Positions 1 to 12,540 of a DNA stretch of 48,400 nucleotides are shown one piece after another (position 1 is the stretch's first letter; every line of letters begins with the position of its first letter). The notes under the pieces were generated by a model that had not been told where the DNA came from, searched no databases, and saw only the letters and a list, made by a program, of their open reading frames with translations. The position numbers and the translations under genes were made by a program. This DNA is from Octopus bimaculoides (Eukaryota), in the NCBI RefSeq assembly GCF_001194135.2, contig NC_068987.1, forward strand, positions 284,146-332,545. The letters run 5' to 3'.

Positions 1-282
1 ATATATATATATACATACATACACGCACACGTATGTATGTATAAATGTATGTAGAACAATGTGTGTAAGTACACATGTATGTGTATATGCGTGCGTGCTA
101 AAATATCATTCCTTATTCGGATGTAGACTTACACAGTTCTCAAACAAGGATTGGCAGTTGCTCTCAACTCCGGCTCTTAAACTCCACTCCGGCTCTTAAA
201 CTCCACTAAGAGAACAATAGACAACTTGTCCATGTTCCTCTAAATAGATTTTCTCTTTTCTCTTTCAATGCTTTCGATAGTG

Positions 283-1060
283 ACATACATACATCGCAGC
301 TGCATCCTCGTTAGACGAGAAAAAAACCATTGAAATGATTCATGACTGTTGCCCTGTCATGCCCTTATATGATTTTAAAGCCCAGCCAAGCTTTTACACA
401 TTTTATCCCATACTAGACAACTGTGCTGGCTGGCAGGAGAAACAGGTGCCACCATACGCACTCTCTTAACAGGTCTTTTTAGATCTCCAACTGCGAGGTA
501 CACCCTTCCACATGTTTTGTTGTGAATTTTAATAGCCACATCATTGTTTATCATGAGTCGATTTCTATTGGAATTTTGATGGCTCACCAGGCCTGCACGA
601 CTCAAACACCTCCGCCCACAAACAACACACATAAAAAGCAACACTCTCTCACTTTCCACAGTCTCCTCCTTCTAAGACCCCCCCTCCTAATTCTCTCATA
701 CTCCACTCTCTCTCCCCCTCAAACCTTGAACAACCATCATGCACTATCTTCCTCCTTCCATCCTTCCACACTTAACTTTCTAAGGACAACCCAAAGAACA
801 TCTCTAGAAAAGGTATCGAAAGCTTTAACTGGATCTACAAATGTGACAAAACCGTCTCGGTTGCGCTCACCAGCCGTTCTCTGCAGCTGCCTTAGACTAA
901 AAATCATGCCCACCACTTTGCCTCTGCCATTTCGCAATCCACACTGAAATACAAGCAACACTAATTTTGTAAGGGCATCATTTAGTCTAATTAAGATAAC
1001 TCTTCCAAGGTTCTGTCCGATAGTAGTCATTTTAGTCGATCGATTTGTTGGTTTTCGTTG
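283..1060 (-). mobile_element. RTE-clade LINE remnant, internally deleted (RT fragment fused to a C2H2-finger C-terminus and 3' end)
   Basis: FQCGLRNGRGKVVGMIFSLRQLQ...FVTFVDPVKAFDTFSRDVLWVVLRKL is RTE-type RT. It is followed by FMCVVCGRRCLSRAGLVSHQ and further finger-like units, then a 3' end with a short (TATG)n tail near 285-295. Confidence 0.8.
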
Positions 1061-2282
1061 TTCTAAAGATAACATTAATTGTTATATCTGATGATTTTCT
1101 AAGAGTGAAAAAAAAAACAAAAACAAAAAAACTGATGCCGGAAAAAGTAGGTTCTGCCCGTTACTGTCCCTGTATATCATTTAAGGACCACTTCCTTGCA
1201 AGAGATTGAATTAAGTATAATACATTCGCTATATTTGATGGTATAAAAGGATTCACCGACGCATCAGGTGCGCTCCGATTTCAGCGTATTTTCTGGAAAG
1301 TGTTTACTGCATCAACGCATGTAAAATATGTTTCACTTTGCATCTAAGGCTTGCGGTCATTTTGTTTTGTTTGGTTTTGTGTTGAAATATTTATTTAGGG
1401 AAAAAGGCAAATTGATATAAAAATTCTTTATACTCGTTATTAACAGTCCATGAGAGATAACTCTAGAAAATAAATGCTATTACCCGCGAGTTATTTCCCC
1501 TGAATAATTTATCGGATTAAAACCTGATTAAAATAGATACCGCTCTGTGTAGATACAATGTTGAGACAAACATGCCCCACTCGGTCTCAGTCGTGGATTA
1601 TAATACTTCTAAAGGGTTAGATACTTCTAAATACTTCTAAAGGGTACACATGACGTATTGGTTTGACTTGTAAAAACCTCCCTTTCCCCGCAATTTGACT
1701 TAATCCCTGTTACATTGAAGGCCCTCAACAACTGTTTCTATAGATTGAACCGAGACGAATCCGAATAATGACAATGAATTCTATAATGGCGATATGATAC
1801 TGTTGTTATTATGTGGTTGCTGTTGCTATTATAGTTGTCGGCCTTTACCGAGCAAAACCACTGATCAAAAATAAGATGGACATTCCAACTATAGCCACCG
1901 CGTCGATTGCATTTATTACGCTCGACATTATTCAACGTCTCTTTTAAAAAGACAACAACACGTAGTCCGTTAGAAATTTGGTTGCTATTTCTAGCTGGTC
2001 AAGCATTCACAGACAGTTTGTTACGTTGGTCTATGATGTTTATTACTCCATCTGTTCAGTGATGACAACATTTTCTCTCAGTAGTTACATTAATTGATGC
2101 GATGATTTGCATAAGAGAGGCGTATCGTACCTCCCTATGGTACCTATTTACTGCTAGGTGGATTGTACTTCACTGTGGTATCTACTGACAGCTAGGTGGC
2201 TTGTGTCTTTTGTACTAATACATGCCGTTAGGTTGGCACTATTTCTCTGCGGCACCCACTTACAGCTAGGTAGACACACGCA

Positions 2283-2404
<122 letters not shown>

Positions 2405-2984
2405 CATATACATACAGACACAAGCATGCATGTATGTGTGTCCGTGTATGCGCGTGTGTGTGTGGTCGGGGTTGTTTGTATTCGGATGACAACGGTGACA
2501 AGACGGAAGGCGATTAGCTAATCCGATAACATCTTGTTTTTCCGTTGTATGAAGTGTAACCAATTGAGAGGACATTGAGAAAAAAAGGATCGTCCTCTGA
2601 TGACTTCTTTCTACAACGAATTTAAGAGTTTTGGAATCGGAAATCTACTCCAAGATGGCAACGGTTGCTGTTGTTGTTATTGTTGTTTTAGCATCGCCTC
2701 TTCATTCGTAATCACCTCAAGAGCCTGTATACATCTATAATTACATACAAGTACAGCCATAAGCAGACATCCATCCATCCATCCATCCATACACACCATA
2801 AAAGTAATTTTTCGAAAATTTATAAAATTCATAAATTTGAACTTTCTTGTTGGAAAATATTCTTCAGTTGTTTGTCGATCCTTATGTCTATCAAATGTTA
2901 TCTTGTGGTACCTAATTATGTACCTAATTATGCGGTACCTAATTATGTAACTATATTAGTCACAAAATCACATAAACCTCACCA

Positions 2985-3300
2985 ACGTTGTTTTCTTAGG
3001 CGCTTCTCTGGACCTAAACCTGCGCTCTTAGGTGTCATACCATAAACCTAATGAAAAACATGCATTAATACTTAAACAGCCTTGCTAAAAAAGAACTAAG
3101 GCTAATAATAGACTCAGGAAGATAATATGGTTTGCTCCGCTTACTCTTTCAAATGTTAAAACAAACGCAGGTAGAAAATTTCCAGCCTTCGCAGACAAAC
3201 ATTTTCTGGATACTCAAAGGTACAAGGAAATTTTTGTAGACGTTCCATGAAAAGTTCTTACAACTGCTGCCCCAACGTAAAAACATTTTTACACGTGTCA
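2985..3300 (+). mobile_element. Penelope-like element remnant (Neptune-like RT thumb/linker)
   Basis: Decayed FLGASLDLN..SYHKPNE, RKIIWFAP...SNVKTNAGRKF, DKHF...RYKEIF..RSMKSSYNCCPN match the PLE motifs FLDVTLDL..PYHKPN, IIWFNPP.S.NVKTNIG..FL and KHFP...KIFNR..K.SYSC.PN. Confidence 0.65.
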
Positions 3301-3559
3301 CATCAGGTGTTCATTCCAAAATATAACTTCAGAAACCCAGTTACATGTCCACGTGACCAGGTGTGCATGATTAGCTGAGTTGTATTCGAAACAGCGAGGT
3401 CATTTCTGTTTGGCCAAATATCGAAACTAGAAATAAAAAAATATATCGCACTATGTGACTATGACTACGAAAAAGATACCAACCACCAGTCTCTTTTCCT
3501 GCACACAGAAAAGAAGAAAACCATTAAGCTAGCTAACAACATCTGGCACCTGGAGGTAA

Positions 3560-3790
3560 AAAATACACCATCAAATTGAGTAAGATCGAGAGATCTACGA
3601 CAAACGTTAATGAGTCAGGGAAGTGAAGGCTTTCCATTGCCCAAAAAGAACTCAAATCCTTTTTAAATCGAAGATCGCCATCGATCTGCTGAAATCTAGA
3701 GCCGAGACTTTCACAAAATGCAAGCATCTCAATAAATTTCCACAATCCAGTTAAAGAACACCATCTTCTCCGGATTAGAGATACGGTCTT
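3560..3790 (-). mobile_element. Possible hAT (GTF2IRD2/SPIN-like) transposase remnant
   Basis: VSLIRRR...LWKFIEML and KDLSSFWAMESLHFP..DSLTFVVDLSILLNLM loosely match VNFIR.R.LNHRQF..FL and EIKSFM..KG...DLAFLVDI..HLN.LN. Very diverged. Confidence 0.4.
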
Positions 3791-3987
3791 ACAAACTTAA
3801 GCCTTTCGCGGTCAGATTAACCCTAATAACCAGTTTTAATTCTCATTCTAACACACCCAAAGGGCATAACTCACTTCCCTCAAACCTTCCCTTTTCTCGT
3901 TTTTTTTTCTTTTTCTCCTTTTTCTTTTCATTACGTTTTTGCTTTTTCTCTCTTATTCTCGTTCTCGATTTTTTTCTCTGAGAGCAA

Positions 3988-4059
<72 letters not shown>

Positions 4060-4223
4060 CGCACACACACGTACACACACATACACGCACACACACATGT
4101 ATNNNNNNNNNNNNNNNNNNNNNNNNNNNNNNNNNNNNNNNNNNNNNNNNNNNNNNNNNNNNNNNNNNNNNNNNNNTATATATATATGAATATATTACAC
4201 ACATATATATATATGAATATATT

Positions 4224-4258
<35 letters not shown>

Positions 4259-4529
4259 TATATATGTATATATGTATGTATATATGTATGTATGTATATA
4301 TACACATACGTACACACACATATATAAGCAACACAAATGTACATATAAGCATACATGTACATGCACGCATAGAGAATCACACACGCCCATACTGGATCTC
4401 GAGCAAAGCTGTCGCTTGATTGGTCTTGAACTCGAGCAGCACAGATGTGGATTTTTTGTTCTGCCAGGGACTGGATATGATGTACGTGTATTCATAGGAG
4501 ATGTGTGTATGTGTGTGTGTGTGTGTGGT

Positions 4530-4598
<69 letters not shown>

Positions 4599-4617
4599 TT
4601 ATGTATTGGCATCTATA

Positions 4618-4775
4618 TATGAGCCTGTAAGATGTGGTCAAGTGCTTAAGAAGGTCATGTTGCAACCATGCAGTGCGGGGTTCTATCTCACCGACCGTCT
4701 TTTTTTCGAACCTCGACTTCAACCAAACCCTTTGAGTAAAATCAGGTGGATGGAAACTGCACAGAATCCCGTTGG
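4618..4775 (+). mobile_element. SINE family B, diverged 5' half
   Basis: TGTGGTCAAG..TTGCAACCATG..GGGTTC and ACCAAACCCTTTGAGTAAAATCAGGTGGATGGAAACTGCACAGAATCCCGT align to the copy at 38481-38651. Confidence 0.6.
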
Positions 4776-4997
4776 ATGGATTAGATTATACCTGTAATTC
4801 AAACGGTCCAGTCTTGTCACACACAATATCATGTTAATTCTACTTGTGCATTACGTAAAAGGTAAAAGTATCCGTGGAATATTCAGCCGCTTTGCTCACT
4901 CGTTCAATAATCAATTCTGTCGATAAAATAATTGGAAGGTCAGAGGTATTGATATACCAGCGCAACCACTGTAGCCCACACCACCATCACCGCCGAA

Positions 4998-5028
<31 letters not shown>

Positions 5029-5046
5029 CCGCCAAAAACCACCACC

Positions 5047-5077
<31 letters not shown>

Positions 5078-5479
5078 TATTTTCTCACGCTGAACGAATT
5101 TCCGTCAACGCTTGTCTGATTTCATAACAGATTCACAACTTTGACATTTAAAAAAAAGTGGTGGTGGAGGAGTGGGGTGGTGGGGGTGGTGGTGCTAGTT
5201 GAGTCGAGTGCTTGAACTACAGATGGGTTGGTGGTGTGGTAGTGTTGCTAGAGTTGTTGAATCGGTTTTCAAATGATTCACCGGATCGATACCTGTTGAT
5301 TGGTTTTAAATAGAGTCGTTTTATGTTTTGTTTATTCAGGGCCATTGGAAGATTTCACTTCAAATTAACGAAACCTTCGACAATTACACGGTATTTCCTT
5401 TTCTTACTCCCGACAATTTGTATTGTGTTGCTCATCTGCGTGCGTGAATGCGCTAATGAAATTTAATAACACCGGAACA

Positions 5480-6310
5480 TGTGGACTGGAACACTGGAAC
5501 AAGCCGACCTTCACTGGACGATGCCTCAGCTTCAGTTCTCACCATCCATACAGTGTAAAGAGAGGAATTGCTCAGTGCCTAAAACACCGAGCAAAGAATA
5601 TAAGTAGCGATCGGGATACACACCACGAATAAATGATCAAGCTCAATAACGATCTATTAAGCAACAACTACCCACCAAAACATTCTATCTACTCCAATTA
5701 TGAAGAAAAGAGAGGATGAAACCAATAAACTGTCCACAGTTTGTCTATCCTATGTGAAAGGCCTCTCCGAAAAGATATACGGCCCATATGATATCAGGAC
5801 AGTATTCAAGAGTAATACAACACTTCACAAATATCTTATTCGAGTAAAACCACCAATAGAAGAGAATATGACCAAAGACTGCGTGTACTCCATCCCATGC
5901 ATCTATGGTAGGTCATACAAAGGCGAAACATGTCGTCCCCTCAAAATAAGGGTAGAGGAACATCGCAAAGCTGTGACATGAGGAGATATCGATAAATCAG
6001 GTATAACTGATCATGTATGGAAAAACAGAGATCGCTTCCCCCCGTGGGATGAAGTTAAAATAATAGACAGGGAACAGCACTGGAAAATAGGAAAACTAAA
6101 AGAAGCAGCACATATACTGGGACACAACAGCCTCCTAAGCAGACAGAGTGCAGACATGAGTAGCATAATAATATAATAACAATAACATCGAAAAATACCT
6201 TAGGAATGAGAACCCAGGTTCGAAATTTCCGCAAGGCACCTGATGAAGGTTGGAGGGTATATCAGCCGATGACAAATATCCGTCAAATGTAAATAATGAC
6301 ATATACATTG
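5480..6310 (+). mobile_element. Penelope-like retroelement 3' part (RT thumb, GIY-YIG endonuclease, pseudo-LTR)
   Basis: KPTFTGRCLSFSSHHPYSVKRGIAQCLKHRA; CLSYVKGLSEKI; CVYSIPC..GRSYKGETCRPLKIRVEEHRKAV (GIY-YIG); WDEVKIIDREQHWK..KLKEAAHI. Contains stops and frameshifts. Followed by a pLTR-like segment with a decayed hammerhead core. Confidence 0.88.
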
Positions 6311-7987
6311 ACATACTTGATGGCATAATGGAAGATAACTGGTAAGGCAGAGAGGGATAAACAAGATGGATCCAGAAGCAGAAGTTCCTCTAATCCAGTG
6401 GTCCCACAAAAGAATGGATCCCCCACCCCCACCAGGCTGATAAGGATAGGGAAGATGAAGAAGCAACAACTGGAATTCCCTCTGTGCCAGTGGTCCCACA
6501 AAAGAATGGATCCCCCACCCCTATGGATAACCAGAGGAATGCAAGGGCTACCACCAGGAAAGGAAGGAAAGACCGCGAGCACAAGCATAAAAAAGGAAAA
6601 AGGGAGAGAAAAGAAAAGGAAAAGATGAAAGAACTAAGTCTAAAGCCGAAACCCAAAGTCATCAGACAAAAAACAAAACAAAAAACAACTCAAATATGGA
6701 GGCTCGAAGGGAACCGTAAGCTGTAGAGGAGAAGAAAAGACGAGAAGGACTTGCAGATTTTACCTGCAAGGCAAATGCTGGCATGGGGGAGACGGTACAA
6801 ACTGCCGGTTTGTTCACCCGAGACCCCACCAAAAACGGCAGGAGCCGTAAGGAGAAAATTTCTCTGAGGAAAGGCTCCAATCGACTCCAAAGAGAGAGAG
6901 AGAGCATGCAAAAAAGGGATTCGATTGTGGAAGGCAGGGAACAATATTCGAGAAAAAAAAATAATAAAAAACACTACGGAATGGTGATTGATGGAGTTCT
7001 TTAGATGACAATCCTGTTGAAAGCTGACTGAAATGGAACGAAACAACAAAAACGACAACAGCAACAACAACTGGTGCAGCAATATTAATAACATATTTCA
7101 TTGAAAAGTCTCAGAATTTATTCAATATGGAAAACATCACGTGATTTACAAGTTCAATCACGTGAATAGCAATAATAATAATAACAATAACAACAACAAC
7201 AACAATACTATTAATAATAATAATAATAAAAATAATAATAATAATAAAAATTTAAAAAAAAAAAATAATAATAATAATAATATGTTGTGGTTGTTGGTGG
7301 TGTGGTGGTAGGTTGTCGATGGGAGCATTCATACAATAGTGACTGGGATAATAAATTAAAGAAAATAATACTGTAAAGACCACCATTTTGTTTGGGTCTC
7401 TCTCTCTCCCTCTTTCTCTCTCTTTCTCTCTAGAAACCCCCTGCTTGTTAGTGTGTGCGTGTGCGTGTGTGCATGTGTAGCGTGGTCGTTTTGTGGTGGT
7501 ACAGGTTGGAATGGAGTAGGTTTTCATTCAGAAACATGTGTAACTAAAGTTCATTGATTACACACACACACACAAGCACACACATACGCACAGACACACA
7601 ACACTATCATGCATACATTCACTTGCATGGCTACATACGTACGCGTGCGTATGAATGTATATAGACGTGTGTATTGAAGCATATACCTGTGTGTGCGTGT
7701 GCGTGCGCGTATGTACACACACACACACACAGACTGTTATACACATGTAGCTGAGCCGCTTATGTTAAAGTTAAGTGGACGAGAAAAACATACTTTCAAG
7801 TACACGAAACTTTAAGTAATACGAGAAACTAAGTCAGTGCTTAGTTTCTCTGCAACTTACTTCGAGTGCTACTGAAGTTACTTTGTTCGCCCGCTCATAT
7901 ATATAGATATATATATCATATAAATATATATATATATACATATATGAATGAGTGAGCGAACAAATTAAATATACATACATACATACG

Positions 7988-8025
<38 letters not shown>

Positions 8026-8527
8026 NNNNNNNNNNNNNNNNNNNNNNNNNNNNNNNNNNNNNNNNNNNNNNNNNNNNNNNNNNNNNNNNNNNNNNNNNNN
8101 NNNNNNNNNNNNNNNNNNNNNNNNNNNNNNNNNNNNNNNNNNNNNNNNNNNNNNNNNNNNNNNNNNNNNNNNNNNNNNNNNNNNNNNNNNNNNNNNNNNN
8201 NNNNNNNNNNNNNNNNNNNNNNNNNNNNNNNNNNNNNNNNNNNNNNNNNNNNNNNNNNNNNNNNNNNNNNNNNNNNNNNNNNNNNNNNNNNNNNNNNNNN
8301 NNNNNNNNNNNNNNNNNNNNNNNNNNNNNNNNNNNNNNNNNNNNNNNNNNNNNNNNNNNNNNNNNNNNNNNNNNNNNNNTATTCTGTGTCCATTTTCTAA
8401 TTTCTAATAGGAGACGCCTTACATGGTTTCTATTACATGTAAAATTTCATAACTTCTATTAGCAAATGAAACATGTGTAATGGTGAATAAATAATTAAAT
8501 AATACCAAAAATTTTTCCAATTTCATA

Positions 8528-8570
<43 letters not shown>

Positions 8571-9084
8571 TTAAAAATACCTACATACATACACACACAC
8601 ACGCACACGCACACGCACGCGCACACACACATAGATGCATATAGGTACACACACACATGCACACACATATTTTTACACACTTTTTACAATCATTTATAAA
8701 TAATTTTTCTAAAATATTCTTCATTAAACAAGAATCAACAATGAAAAGAGAGGAGAGGGGCAGTGTTTCGCCTTCATAAGGTTTTAAGGTAACCAATCTG
8801 ATCTTGACACAAACATAATTTCAAGTCCCTTTAAGGTCTAAACATAACCAGGGTCCAAAGCCCCCTCTTTCTTTTTAAGGGGTTGGTATAATACACATCG
8901 TCTTTAGTCGAAAGTTCTTTGAGGTGGAAAGGGCTCTGAAACTGCCAGCACTTATATACACTGTTTAGAATTTTTGCTTGGAATGTCTAATTAAAATATA
9001 TAATTACAGGTGTATAATTACAGATGTATAATTAGAGATTGTCCCTTTAAAACGACAGTTTCGAGTCTATTTGATTGAAAGGGT

Positions 9085-10799
9085 TTATTGTTCAGTTGGT
9101 CTCCATCCCTTAATAAACATTGCCAGTTTGGTCACTTCAAGTTTCCGGATCCCTGGAATACACTCCAATGCGTCTTTGTCCAATTGTGTCATTAGGGTTC
9201 CGTCTATTTTTTCTGATATCATCTTTTCTCTAATTTCTTGTCTTATTCCTAGCTTCTCCATGGCAGACGATAAATCTCGGATCGACATTCCGATAATGTG
9301 TTCAGCTTTACTGTTTATGATGTCTCGTACGCCAGAATCCCCCGAAGACGAATTGGAAGTTCGGGACGACGGTTCGACTCCGTAAGTCGACAACGACGCT
9401 CCGAGCGGTAAATCATCCTCGTTGTTTTCGTCGGAATATAAAATATTTTCTTCTGAAGGGAATTTATTTTCTTTTACCAGATCACTTCCGCTTCCGGCCA
9501 CGCTGCTTGCTTCGCTGTCCAGATACTGGGAGAGTTCTTTGAGGTCCTCCAAGTTGGCGTATTCAACGTCTTCGTAGTCAGTGTTACCACATGAGGAACC
9601 ACTGTAAGACGAACCCGAAGTGCGCCTTTTCGGACTGGCTTTTTGTGGCAACGGTGATTCGACCCCCAAATCATTGCAGTCCTGGTTATGGTAAAAAGAT
9701 TCCGACTCAAAACAATCGACAGACGATATTCGCCAGTTTGATAAACAACTCTTTGTTAAATCAGCGTTATCTTCTGGACTTATATTGTTATGGCCGGGTA
9801 CCCAGTCATCCACCTGCGGCTGGATTTTATTCCTATACACGGGTAGAGTCATGTAATTGTTCTCAATCACCTCGAATTGTTTGTTAGGTGTTGGTAAGAG
9901 AGGTTTGTTCTTGTTAATCCAGGTCATTGATTGATAGTTACCGTCTTCGATCTCCGCCTCGTTTTTATGTTCGAACGAACGAGGATGGGCGTAAATGGTC
10001 GAAGAATTTGGTGGGTCCGGTAACGCCGCGTGGGGGCGCTCGCTGATGCAGTTTGAGTAGATTGCCTCTTTGACATCAGAAGGGAAACTGTACAGAACCT
10101 TCATATCTCTGGCGTATATGTGTGCCTTCTCTTTGCACAGTCTTAGAGCTGCCTGATAGTTACAATTTCCTGTTAGTTCACTGTTGTTTTCGGCCACGTA
10201 ATATTTTAGTGGACAAAATACAGGAACCTCCATGAGAATGTTCTTTTTGTTTAGTATAGTCGAAGCTATGATTGTTGTGTCTTCGAAAGATTTCTTCAAT
10301 ACTAACGTCCCAGTAAACGAACAAGGCGTCGCTGGTTCTTTACCGTATACCAGCTTCACCACACACGGACAAGATGTTTCTTTAAGAAGATCTTCGAGTT
10401 GTAAAATTAATGGTTTACTTGAAGGACCAACCTGGTAAAATGTCCCTTTCTGGGAGATTGGAAGCATTAATTCACGATCCATTTCATCGGTACTCATAAG
10501 GAAATTCTCTTCCACATATTTAGTCTTTCGTAGAATACCTTTCCGTTTTATTTTCGCCTTTCCTGTAAATACACGTCCCTTCTGAAGAATGTCTCCAGGG
10601 AAAAGCATTCGCTGCTCGAAGTCAACATTGCTGCCTTCTCTGTTAATTACTTGTAAAGCTTTAATCTTATCCGTTCCAGCAACCAAAAACCGGCTGGCTT
10701 TGGTCCGAGCCAATTTCTCGACATATTTACAAGGCACGACTTTTTGGGCGATCATCTGTGATTTGGCTGTCGAATGTTCCTGGGTCAGGGCAAACCAAC
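9085..10799 (-). CDS. GAREM: GAREM-like adaptor, large terminal coding exon (rest of CABIT, Tyr/Pro-rich linker, C-terminal SAM domain)
   Basis: 1.7-kb stop-free frame in otherwise repeat-filled DNA. Acceptor ttttgttctctctacttgcAG|GT TGG TTT (AG at 10801-10800) is phase 1 and matches the donor. CABIT-like GDIL, LPISQKGTFY, CPCVVKLVYG. C-terminus MSIRDLSSAMEKLGIRQEIREKMISEKIDGTLMTQL...KLEVTKLAMFIKGWRP resembles the GAREM/FAM59 SAM domain ending (..EKIDG.L..QL....KL...K...FI.GWRP), recalled from memory. Confidence 0.9.
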
Positions 10800-10902
10800 C
10801 TGCAAGTAGAGAGAACAAAACCGCGCATTAATAAATTGAAACACTCACAGGAACATACAAATACATACACATACGCGCGCGCGCACACACACGCACGCCG
10901 TG

Positions 10903-10945
<43 letters not shown>

Positions 10946-11743
10946 ATACATATACACACACTTGCACACGCATATATGCATATATATATATANNNNNNNN
11001 NNNNNNNNNNNNNNNNNNNNNNNNNNNNNNNNNNNNNNNNNNNNNNNNNNNNNNNNNNNNNNNNNNNNNNNNNNNNNNNNNNNNNNNNNNNNNNNNNNNN
11101 NNNNNNNNNNNNNNNNNNNNNNNNNNNNNNNNNNNNNNNNNNNNNNNNNNNNNNNNNNNNNNNNNNNNNNNNNNNNNNNNNNNNNNNNNNNNNNNNNNNN
11201 NNNNNNNNNNNNNNNNNNNNNNNNNNNNNNNNNNNNNNNNNNNNNNNNNNNNNNNNNNNNNNNNNNNNNNNNNNNNNNNNNNNNNNNNNNNNNNNNNNNN
11301 NNNNNNNNNNNNNNNNNNNNNNNNNNNNNNNNNNNNNNNNNNNNNNNNNNNNNNNNNNNNNNNNNNNNNNNNNNNNNNNNNNNNNNNNNNNNNNNNNNNN
11401 NNNNNNNNNNNNNNNNNNNNNNNNNNNNNNNNNNNNNNNNNNNNNNNNNNNNNNNNNNNNNNNNNNNNNNNNNNNNNNNNNNNNNNNNNNNNNNNNNNNN
11501 NNNNNNNNNNNNNNNNNNNNNNNNNNNNNNNNNNNNNNNNNNNNNNNNNNNNNNNNNNNNNNNNNNNNNNNNNNNNNNNNNNNNNNNNNNNNNNNNNNNN
11601 NNNNNNNNNNNNNNNNNNNNNNNNNNNNNNNNNNNNNNNNNNNNNNNNNNNNNNNNNNNNNNNNNNNNNNNNNNNNNNNNNNNNNNNNNNNNNNNNNNNN
11701 NNNNNNNNNNNNNNNNNNNNNNNNNNNNNNNNNNNNNNNNNNN

Positions 11744-11779
<36 letters not shown>

Positions 11780-12493
11780 ATTTGTGCGTTTGTGTGTTGA
11801 AGATGACTCAATATCTAATAACGTTTCAACACCATGTTATTACCTTTCTGATACTACTACTACTACTACTACTACTAGGTTCTCCTCCACCTTACTGTTA
11901 TCTAATCGTCACTCACCCCGCCATACTTCCCTCATTAACATATCTGAATGCATCATCTGATATTAGTCAACACGAACGTCCATGGATAAAGGGAGTGTTC
12001 TTCGTCTCTCTCTCTCTTTCACACACAAACACACACACATACATAACGATATATATATATATATATATATATATGTATACACGTACACACATATTATACG
12101 TAAGTATATAGTATGTGTGTATGTATGTATATATGTGAGTGTGTGTGTATGTCAGCGTGTGTGTGTGTGTGTGTGTGTGGGTATAGATTATAAGCAATGA
12201 AACTACGCGAGAGAGTGAAGGATGTACAAATTTCGTGCTGTGACACTTGTCAACGTGAACAGGATTTGAAAGATGCAGCAAAATACTCAACATTTCCGAA
12301 AACTAATTCGAAAAATTCTTGACTGGTCACGTGATGATAGGTTTTCAAACTCTCGTTGAGTGATTGACGAATGCCGAGGCGAAACACGACTTCAGTATTA
12401 TTACTCATCATAAATATCTAGACATGTTTATATATGCACTTGCATTCACTGCAGTATCTTAATTATATAAAACATGGTGCCCTATATACATCG

Positions 12494-12540
<47 letters not shown>

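Noticed and set aside
167-207. Small local tandem duplications (19 bp x2 here; similar at about 1603-1648 and 2907-2947)
   Set aside because: Ordinary slippage duplications with no further structure.
5159-5195. G-rich tract as a G-quadruplex
   Set aside because: Mostly GG runs from a decayed (GGT)n microsatellite; such tracts are common in this window.
10800-10818. The 577-aa ORF as a stand-alone single-exon gene or retrogene
   Set aside because: Its start is a TTG inside the polypyrimidine tract. MFSLLA is intronic, and the missing CABIT N-terminus is found at 27585-27957.
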